Positions 1-11,100 of a stretch of 64,000 bases of DNA are shown here, piece after piece. This stretch comes from a plasmid. The position numbers and the translations under genes are program-made. How positions within the stretch are numbered: the stretch's first letter is position 1; the number at the start of each line of letters is the position of its first letter. The stretch lies in sequence record NZ_CP026049.1; one strand, 5' to 3'. The notes beneath the pieces were generated by a model. That model worked only from the letters and a program-made list of their open reading frames with translations. It did no database searches and had not been told where the DNA came from.

Positions 1-29
1 TACCGCGCCCCCACCCACCGAGTTTCCCG

Positions 30-560
30 ATGAAGCAGATGACCTTCGCCGACGCCGAGTACGCTGGCAAGCGCAAGCAAACCCGCAAGGAGTTGTTCCT
101 GATCGAGATGGATCGGGTGGTGCCGTGGAAGGGCTTGATTGCTTTGATCGAGCCACATTATCCGAAGGGTGAAGGTGGCCGTCCGGCCTACCCGTTGATG
201 GCGATGCTGCGTGTGCATCTGCTGCAGAACTGGTTCGGCTACAGCGATCCAGCGATGGAGGAAGCGCTGTACGAAACCACGATCCTGCGCCAGTTTGCCG
301 GGCTGAACCTGGAGCGCATCCCCGACGAAACCACCATTCTCAACTTCCGCCGCTTGCTGGAGAAACACGAGCTGGCGGCCGGCATCCTCGCTGTCATCAA
401 TGGCTCTGGGCGACCGCGGCCTGTCGCTGCGCCAGGGCACCATCGTCGATGCAACGCTGATCAATGCGCCCAGTTCGACCAAGAACAAGGACGGCAAGCG
501 CGACCCGGAAATGCACCAGACCAAGAAGGGAAACCAGTATTATTTCGGCAGTGCGACCTG
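30..560 (+). pseudogene. IS5-family transposase, N-terminal ~130 aa intact then frameshifted/truncated
   Basis: ORF 30-665 begins MKQMTFADAEYAGKRKQTRKELF...[21 protein letters not shown], a typical IS5-group transposase N-terminus. The expected continuation ([30 protein letters not shown]) is present only in another frame (ORF 461-679 region), and the reading frame is lost by ~nt 560. Confidence 0.7.
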
Positions 561-659
561 AAAGTCGCATGGGTTTCTGTTCCGCAGGTTAACGCCCGAC
601 GGAACCGACTGTTCCACCACTCGTTCCCTACCCAGACAGGCGTGGCCGGTAACAGCCGG

Positions 660-983
660 GTCTGAAGCTCTGGGGACAATGTAACCGCCGATATTTCGGT
701 AGGTCGAACCGCGAGGCCAGACTGAATCTGCCAGCATCAAGGCGGAGAGGCGCCAGGGATGAACAGGTACCCGCCAACTGCACGGGGGTGATGGTGCTCG
801 CTTGGCGACTGGCTTCTTGCTGGAGGTTAGAGATTGCTTCGGCAATTGCCTTGGTCTGAGCCACATAGCTGCCGGATAGGTTGGCAATCACAATGCAGCA
901 ACGCGGTAACTCCAGAGCGGCGCTCATCAGGCAGCTGAGTGTGTAGGTGCTCACGGTAGCCAGCGTACCGCCGCCGATGACAG
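660..983 (-). pseudogene. unidentified gene remnant abutting the IS5 insertion point
   Basis: The minus-strand ORF 628-1149 reads through the IS5 end. Only the part below nt 984 is non-IS sequence (…IGGGTLATVSTYTLSCLMSAALEL…). No family was recognised. Confidence 0.3.
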
Positions 984-2179
<1,196 letters not shown>

Positions 2180-2979
2180 CTAAGCGTTCTGCAACTTGCC
2201 CGCAGCTGTTATTTTTACCAAAACGTCTGTACGATAAGTATGCGGAAATACGCGTGATCATGGCCGATATCTTTGAGGAGAATTACCGCTGTTACGACTA
2301 TCGGCGCCTTCACGCGATGCTTCGCGGTAACAACAGGGTTATTTCTGAAAAGGTTGTCCGCAGACTGATGGCAGAAGAGCAGCTCGTTGTTAAGCGCACC
2401 AGGCGACGACGATACAACTCTTACTGTGGCGAAATCGGCCCGGCACCGGAAAATTTACTCGCCCGGGATTTTAGTTCCTGCAGGCCAAATGAGAAGTGGC
2501 TGACCGATATTACGGAGTTCCAGCTTCCGGCTGGAAAAGTCTATCTGTCGCCGGTTATCGACTGCTTTGATGGCCTGGTTGTAAGCTGGTCGATAGGAAC
2601 ACGCCCGGACGCGACGCTGGTGAATACGATGCTCGATGACGCACTCGATACGCTCAACGAACATGATAAACCAGTGATACACAGCGATCGTGGTGGCCAT
2701 TACCGGTGGCCGGGCTGGCTCGAGCGTATCAACACCTCCGGACTTATAAGGTCCATGTCGCGCAAAGGATGCTCGTCGGATAATGCTGCGTGTGAAGGCT
2801 TCTTCGGGCGTATCAAAAACGAAATGTTCTATGGCAGAGACTGGGCGGGTATCACGCTGGAAAAATTTATCTGCTTCCTGGACAGGTACATACGCTGGTA
2901 TAACGAGAAACGTATCAAGCTATCATTAGGTGCAATGAGTCCTGTGAAGTACCGGCAGCATCTTGGGATCATAACATAA
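2180..2979 (+). pseudogene. IS3-family (IS150-group-like) OrfB transposase, 5'-truncated by the IS5 insertion
   Basis: ORF 2110-2979 contains an rve DDE core (…HSDRGGHY…SSDNAACEGFFG…) typical of IS3-family OrfB. Its first ~25 codons are IS5 sequence. No orfA is present. Confidence 0.75.
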
Positions 2980-3479
2980 CAGTCCAGGAAAACATCCGCA
3001 GCCCCCTAATAGACATTAGCATTGAGCCCCTACAATACATGTTATTGCAAGCTTAAAATGTCACCAAATTCAGCCAGTTAGAAATGTCACCTTAAGAGAT
3101 GTGAAGAGAGAGAAGTTGGTTTATGTCAGAGGAAAGCAGGCATGAATGACGTCCATGCCTGTGATGAGAGGCTATACCAATAAGCTGTTATTCCCCTTTT
3201 TTATGGTCGTGTTCCTTCAGTCCGGGATGCTTTGGCTTGTTTTCCGGAGTGACACGCCTTCTTTTATCTTCTTTGCCAGTTGATTCAGCAATCGGCTTTG
3301 GGCCAGGTTTAATACCCATAAAAATCTCCTTGAGTGACAAACAGATTCATATTTACGAACTGTGGCAGTAATGCCAAATATGAAATGAGGGTTCATGGTT
3401 ATAAAACCAACTGACGTGTTTTCAGAAGCTTGCACTCCATCACACTGCTAAAGGTAAAAAAACAGAACAGAGCAGGGGG

Positions 3480-4838
3480 CTAGCGTTTCAGACTGGCTCG
3501 GAACTCTTCAGGATTAGCCAGTACGGGGTTGATGGCTCTGAGTTGCTCCTGAACCCGGGCTTGTGCACGTCGTTTGGGCATTTTTTTACTCCTATCTCGC
3601 TTTCCCTCTCGATCCAATTCATCCATCTTGTCCTGAGCCAGTTTCAGTACAGCACCGAGCCGTTTGTTATCAACGATTTGCCCCTGGTCGATGCATTCCA
3701 GTTTATCGAAGACCTGATAATTGAGTGATCGGTAGCCATATTTAAACGCCAGCGTACCATTTGGGTAGTCGTAAACTGTGATTTTTTCACCTGCAATTCT
3801 GGTATTTTCTTCCGTAGGTTCAACGAGATATATCATCTTATCGTAACGGAAAGTCAGTGTTTTCGAGAGTTTTCGTGATTCCTGCCAAGCAAAGATATCA
3901 TCCAGATCTTCAGAGCTTTCAAGCACCGGTCGATGCAGGTCTTTGGGATATTTTGCTGGTCTGGCAAAACGACGATTGAAGTCAATAATGAAGGAATCCA
4001 GCCAGGCATTGGCATCCTCGATGCTGCTGATGCCTTCAAGCCGCATTTCTTTGATAAGTCGATCCTGAAGAGTCTGGTTTGCGCGCTCAACGCGACCTTT
4101 AGCTTGCGGGCTGTTGGCGCATATCAACTCGATCCCCAGTTCGGAAAGCACCCGGCCGAACTGAGTGATTCCAGTTGTGGTAGTGCCACCATTATTGACC
4201 CTGAAAATGCCGTGCTTATCGCTGTAGAACGCCAGTGGTTTGCCATGCTGTTCAAGATACGCGCGGGTGGCCATCATGTAATCAAAGGCTGATTCAGTCT
4301 CGCCGAAACGGAGGTGCATCAGGCGCCCAGTAGCATCATCAATGAAGACGAGCAGGCAGCATTTGGGGGCACGTCCTTCAAACCAGTCATGCGGGGAACC
4401 ATCGATCTGAACAAGTTCTCCAAGGCAGTCACGCCGGTATCTGGGTTGATGAACACGTGGCCTGCGACGTGAGTATGGGACCCAGAGTCCATCAGCCGTC
4501 ATCCATTTTCTCAGTGTTTCAACAGACACCGTGATGTTATGGCGTTCGCGCAATTTTTCTGCGGCCAGCGTTGGTCCAAAGTCGCTGTAATGATCGTGAA
4601 GTAAAGAAAGTACACGCAGCTTCAGTGACTCAGGAAGTCTGTGATTACCGGGGCGTCCTCGTCGAAGGTTTGCCAGACCTGCAGCACCAGATTCACGAAA
4701 GCGGTTCATCAAACGCTGTGTCTGACGTTCGGTCAAAGCAAGCTGATGAGCAGCGTCGCGACGGCGCATGCGCTTTTCAACAACTGACTGAATGATGTTG
4801 ATCCGACTGAGTTCTTTATCTGACATGGTCACAAGCAT
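3480..4838 (-). CDS. DDE transposase (HTH + rve integrase core; ISNCY/IS481-like), 452 aa
   Basis: It has an N-terminal HTH (…LALTERQTQRLMNRF…) and an integrase core (…LVQIDGSPHDWFEGR…CANSPQAKGRVERANQTLQ…). Element ends were not determined. Confidence 0.7.
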   Translation of the reverse strand: MLVTMSDKELSRINIIQSVVEKRMRRRDAAHQLALTERQTQRLMNRFRESGAAGLANLRRGRPGNHRLPESLKLRVLSLLHDHYSDFGPTLAAEKLRERHNITVSVETLRKWMTADGLWVPYSRRRPRVHQPRYRRDCLGELVQIDGSPHDWFEGRAPKCCLLVFIDDATGRLMHLRFGETESAFDYMMATRAYLEQHGKPLAFYSDKHGIFRVNNGGTTTTGITQFGRVLSELGIELICANSPQAKGRVERANQTLQDRLIKEMRLEGISSIEDANAWLDSFIIDFNRRFARPAKYPKDLHRPVLESSEDLDDIFAWQESRKLSKTLTFRYDKMIYLVEPTEENTRIAGEKITVYDYPNGTLAFKYGYRSLNYQVFDKLECIDQGQIVDNKRLGAVLKLAQDKMDELDREGKRDRSKKMPKRRAQARVQEQLRAINPVLANPEEFRASLKR

Positions 4839-5037
4839 CCTGATGTCTCCATGGCCTGAGGATTGGATCCTTTATGCCAGAAAAAGTGACATCACTAAAT
4901 GGGTTAAAAGTGACATCAGAATATTGGAGTTACAATACAGGTGCGCATAACAAAGATTATGTTAAATATTAAAATAAATAGCATAAAAATCAATATGTTA
5001 AGACGGTAACCAGCTACTTTCCCATTCCAGCAACCAG

Positions 5038-5774
<737 letters not shown>

Positions 5775-6043
5775 ACACACCTCTCTTGTATAGCAATTGA
5801 TATACAAGAATAACACAACACGAACGTATAGCAAATGCTATACACTTCAAAGTACCGATAATGCGTTTTATGTTAAATATCAGTTAGTTACATGAATTTC
5901 ATGATGCCCAAAAATAAATTTCTCTAAAAGTTTCTTTTAGAGTCTGGAGGCCCTTCGGCCTAAATTTTTCTGCGGTAGTCTGGTTGTGGTGGCCAGCAAC
6001 AACTGTTGGTCAGTTGCAACTGAACTGAATTGGGATCATTGAT

Positions 6044-6725
6044 ATGATGGATGATGAAATAAGCAGCTCACCGCCCCTGTGGCGTAAAATCCTCCACGGC
6101 ATCCTGGATGACTTGCTAAATTCGCTGGGATATCCGGCCACATTGCGCCGTCGCCTAAACAACGGGATTTTGCCAGTGAGTCACCCGCAACTGCGGAACA
6201 CGTTCTGGCTGCGTTCCGTGGTTTGTTGGCAAACCTGGCTCGAATACGAAAAACACTGTATTCGCTACCTGCGTCTCGGCCACGACGGTGATTATGATTA
6301 CCTCCAGCGCCATATTCCTCAGCTGGATGGGCTGATAAACAGCGAGACCTCAGAAAGTTTTTGTTGTGATATTACGGCCGTTGGGGGACTGAGTGCATCG
6401 AGTGATTGTGACCAGGAGCTCTCCAGCCTGGATGCGTTTGCGCAGCAGTGTTGCCAGGAATTGGCAATACCACTGACCAGAGATCGGTTAAACCGTAATC
6501 TCAGCCACCACGGCTTACGGCTGTCAGAGATGGTATTCAGCCAGTTTACCTGGATGCCTGCCCGGCTTTACTGGAACAATGTCGACGGCGCCCACCATTT
6601 TGCAGCAGCCCGTTTCCTGGCAACACAGTTGAGTCAGCCGGTTTCTCTGACAGGCCAGTTGAACACCTATAGTATAAATCCGCAAAAAATACGGCAGCTG
6701 ACGGCGCAGTGGGATTTGTTCCTGG
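6044..6725 (+). pseudogene. hypothetical Cys-rich protein, 3' end removed by IS26
   Basis: The ORF runs straight into the IS26 left IR at 6726. The ORF-track C-terminus (…KVSDEAAF…) is translated IS26 sequence. The protein has three CC dipeptides. No family was recognised. Confidence 0.5.
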
Positions 6726-7545
6726 GGCACTGTTGCAAAGTTAGCGATGAGGCAGCCTTTTGTCTTATTCAAAGGCCTTACATTTCAAAAACTCTGCTTA
6801 CCAGGCGCATTTCGCCCAGGGGATCACCATAATAAAATGCTGAGGCCTGGCCTTTGCGTAGTGCACGCATCACCTCAATACCTTTGATGGTAGCGTAAGC
6901 CGTCTTCATGGATTTAAATCCCAGCGTGGCGCCGATTATCCGTTTCAGTTTGCCATGATCGCATTCAATCACGTTGTTCCGGTACTTAATCTGTCGGTGT
7001 TCAACGTCAGACGGGCACCGGCCTTCGCGTTTGAGCAGAGCAAGCGCGCGACCATAGGCGGGCGCTTTATCCGTGTTGATGAATCGCGGGATCTGCCACT
7101 TCTTCACGTTGTTGAGGATTTTACCCAGAAACCGGTATGCAGCTTTGCTGTTACGACGGGAGGAGAGATAAAAATCGACAGTGCGGCCCCGGCTGTCGAC
7201 GGCCCGGTACAGATACGCCCAGCGGCCATTGACCTTCACGTAGGTTTCATCCATGTGCCACGGGCAAAGATCGGAAGGGTTACGCCAGTACCAGCGCAGC
7301 CGTTTTTCCATTTCAGGCGCATAACGCTGAACCCAGCGGTAAATCGTGGAGTGATCGACATTCACTCCGCGTTCAGCCAGCATCTCCTGCAGCTCACGGT
7401 AACTGATGCCGTATTTGCAGTACCAGCGTACGGCCCACAGAATGATGTCACGCTGAAAATGCCGGCCTTTGAATGGGTTCATGTGCAGCTCCATCAGCAA
7501 AAGGGGATGATAAGTTTATCACCACCGACTATTTGCAACAGTGCC
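6726..7545 (-). mobile_element. IS26 (820 bp)
   Basis: The 14-bp terminal IRs are ggcactgttgcaaa at 6726-6739 and tttgcaacagtgcc at 7532-7545. No 8-bp target duplication flanks the element. Confidence 0.95.
6778..7482 (-). CDS. tnpA: IS26 transposase Tnp26 (234 aa)
   Basis: MNPFKGRHFQRDIILWAVRWYCKYGISYRELQEM… matches IS26/IS6-family Tnp. Confidence 0.95.
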   Translation of the reverse strand: MNPFKGRHFQRDIILWAVRWYCKYGISYRELQEMLAERGVNVDHSTIYRWVQRYAPEMEKRLRWYWRNPSDLCPWHMDETYVKVNGRWAYLYRAVDSRGRTVDFYLSSRRNSKAAYRFLGKILNNVKKWQIPRFINTDKAPAYGRALALLKREGRCPSDVEHRQIKYRNNVIECDHGKLKRIIGATLGFKSMKTAYATIKGIEVMRALRKGQASAFYYGDPLGEMRLVSRVFEM

Positions 7546-8194
7546 GTTTTTAATGACGAAGACCTGAAACCGGTACTGTCAACCTGACTATACCAGGCTG
7601 GCATTAAACACAAGGTAACGCTCACTGCAATAAGTGAGCGCAGTCCGTTATGAGCGAATAGCGGAAGTTCACAGTTTGACAAAGGTATGATTAAAATAGT
7701 GCCTTGTTCAACAACAGGGAACAGGTCAAGAGATATATTCAATTGTTATCCAGGAATTTTTCAAAATATTATATCGAACATCATCTTTTCTTGTTTTTTT
7801 TGTTGTTCATCGTTACAAGTGAATCGAGGGATGAAAGAAAAAAATATATTTATCAAAAACATAAATCTTTCTGAAATTGCTATCCCACCTCAGATTACTG
7901 GGCTGACCTAATCTATAGATCAAGTTCGCGTTATACTTTAATGTTAGCAAAATACTAAGATGATTCTTAGGGACGACCTCTTGACGGTAGAGGAAGCGTG
8001 CATTGATTTTTACAATCACTACCTTTCGCCCCCAACCTAATCCGCGAATGATGCTTTCTGTACTTGCGCGCCTGTTCTGATACTCGCCGCCAGAGCAATC
8101 AAATTGCTGATGCTTTCTGCCTGTTCAATGCGTCTCCTGTCGTCAGCACTACTGTGCATATTTGAGTGATTTCCTCTTAAGGAGAACTAGTTTC

Positions 8195-11100
8195 ATGGGT
8201 ATAAAAGCGCAGGTGAGTATCGCGCACAAGCTGGGGTTCACATCACACCAGAATGCAGTTCCGCTGTTACGTGAGCTCATCTTGCATAATGAGTCCGAAG
8301 AGACATTTCAGGATCTGACGCTGCATCTGCGGACCGCGCCAGCCGTGCTCGAAGATAAAAAATGGAATATCGACCGCCTGCTTCCCGGTACTTCACTGGA
8401 TATCAGGGATCGGGATGTCAAACTTAATGCCAAATGGCTCGCCGAACTGACCGAAAGCGTACTCTGCGAAGTCACCATAAGTTTGTGCCAGGGTGAGGAA
8501 GAAATCTTCATTACTCATTATTCGCTTGAGGCACTTGCGAAAAATGAATGGGGCGGCAGCGCAATGATTGAATTGCTCCCTTCATTTATCATTCCTAATG
8601 ATCCGGCGGTAGATCGTGTACTCAAGGCAGCCTCTGATGTCCTTCGCCGTGCAGGCAAGAATGACGCTCTTGATGGTTATGAAAGCAAGTCGAGAACTCG
8701 TGTCTGGGAAATTACCTCAGCTCTCTGGACTGCTGTCTGCAACCTCAATATCAGTTATGCCCTTCCCCCAGCCAGCTTTGAACGGAATGGCCAGAAAATT
8801 CGCACACCAGGCATCATTCTGGAAGGAAAAGTCGCGACCTGTCTGGATACAACCTTATTATTTGCTTCAGCACTGGAACAGATTGGTTTGAATTCACTGC
8901 TAATGCTCAGTGAAGGTCATGCGTTTGCTGGCGTCTGGTTACAACCACAGGAATTTTCGCAGCTAGTGACAGAAGACGTCTCTGCGGTGCGCAAACGTGT
9001 CGACCTAAAAGAAATGGTCGTATTTGAGACAACTCTCGCGACCAGAGCCCACCCGCCTTCATTTACTCAGGCATCTGATGAAGCGTTAAAGTATCTTAAC
9101 GAGGATGTTTTTCACGCAGCCATTGATTCGCGTCGCGCGCGGATGCAGAAAATTCGGCCACTGGCTCTGGGTGTCACTCGCCTTGAAGGACAGCCTGATG
9201 CTGAGGAGGTTATTTCTCATGGGTTTGAGGACGCTCCCTCTCTCCCTGATGTTGACATTGATATTGAAACAGCTGGCGAAAAAGAAGCTGGGGGCCGGCT
9301 TGTACAATGGCAACGAAAACTTCTGGACTTAACCACCCGTAACCGCCTGTTACACCTGCCTGAAAGCGCTAAAGGCATTCGTTTGATCTGTGCGAATCCT
9401 GGCCATCTTGAAGATAAGCTAGCTGAAGGCAAACGCATTCGCATTGTCCCGCTCCCTGATCTAGAGAGTGGAGGCCGCGATGCCGAACTTTATCAGCAGC
9501 TCACAAACGAGAACCTGCGGGAAGAATACGCCCAGATTGCGCTGGAACGCGGTGAAGTCGTCTCCGCAATGGAAAAATACCGCCTCGAGTCATCCCTAAT
9601 CGACCTCTATCGAAAATCGAAAAGTGATTTGGAGGAAGGTGGTGCCAACACTCTTTTCCTCGCTGTGGGCTTCCTTAAATGGAAAAAATCCGCTGATGAT
9701 CCCAAAAGTTACTCAGCTCCACTGATACTACTGCCGATTCAGCTTGACCGTAAAAGTGTACTTTCGGGCGTGTCCATGCGTTTGCTGGAAGAAGAGCCCC
9801 GCTTCAACCTTACTCTGCTTGAACTGCTACATAATGACTTTGCTCTGACAATTAACGGCCTCGATGGCGATCTGCCCACCGATGAAAGTGGTGTTGATGT
9901 GGATGGCATCTGGAATATGGTACGGCGTGCTGTGCGCGACATACCCGGTTTCGAAGTCACCCGTGATGTCGTGATTGGCACATTCTCTTTTGCCAAATAT
10001 CTGATGTGGAAAGATCTAATCGATCGGGCACCTCAGTTGATGCAAAGTGCGCTGGTAAAGTATCTCATCGAACGCGGCCAGGACAATGCCGTTCTGGATA
10101 AGAGCGGAGAAGTCATCAACGTTGAGGAACTCGATGACAACGTCAATACGCAGGATCTTTTCCTACCGCTGCCTGCAGATTCCTCGCAAATCGCCGCCGT
10201 TGTAGCCTCTGCAAAAGGGAGGGATTTTGTTCTGGATGGCCCCCCCGGTACCGGTAAGTCGCAAACCATAGCCAATATGATCGCGCATAATCTTGCGCTG
10301 GGAAGGCGCGTACTTTTTGTTGCTGAGAAGAAAGCGGCACTGGATGTGGTCTATCGCAGGCTTGAGGCTCAGGGACTCGGTGAATTTTGTCTGGAACTGC
10401 ACTCGAGCAAAACGTCCAAGATGGATTTTCTGAAACAGCTAGAGCGGGCATGGGATGCGCGTGATCTACTGACTACCTCGGAGTGGAAGGAAGAAGCGGC
10501 CAAGGTGCAGCACCTGCGAGACAAACTCAATGAGGTTGTCCGTTTGCTCCATCTGCGCTGGCCAAATGGCTTAACGCTCCATCAGGCAATGGGCACGGTT
10601 ATCAGGGATGCAAGTAGCGCCACGCCGCACTTTAGCTGGCCTGCATCGACTTTGCATTCTTCTTCAGAGATGACTCAGTTCAGAGAGATAGTAAAACGTC
10701 TGGAGCTGAACCGTGATACCTGGAAACAGCACGGCGATCATTTTGACCTCATCACGCAGGCTGACTGGACCAATGGGTGGCAGTCTTCTCTCATTGCTGC
10801 AGCAAATTCATTGCCTGCAATCATCGATCACCTTGAAAACGCCACCGAGGAATTACTGAAGGCGACGGGAGTTACTCTGGACTCTACTGAGCCCGAGAGA
10901 CTGTCGCAACTAACTTCATTCTGTGAATTATTGACGGAAGCTTACGGCATTGATCTGAATTTCATGTTCGCACCGGATGCCACAAGCCGTATAGAGTCAG
11001 CGAATAAAGCCGTTCACCTCCTGAAAGAGATTGAAGTGACAAAGGCTAATCTGTCAGTTACCTACCCTGGTAACAGCTGGCAGTACGTTAATGCTCCGCA

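Noticed and set aside
6955-7587. 210-aa plus-strand ORF inside IS26
   Set aside because: It is antisense to Tnp26 and is a known IS26 artefact ORF with no RBS.
7687-8019. 74-aa and 68-aa ORFs in the AT-rich leader before the giant gene
   Set aside because: They are low-complexity translations of A/T runs (poly-Phe/Ile/Asn). They are treated as non-coding leader.
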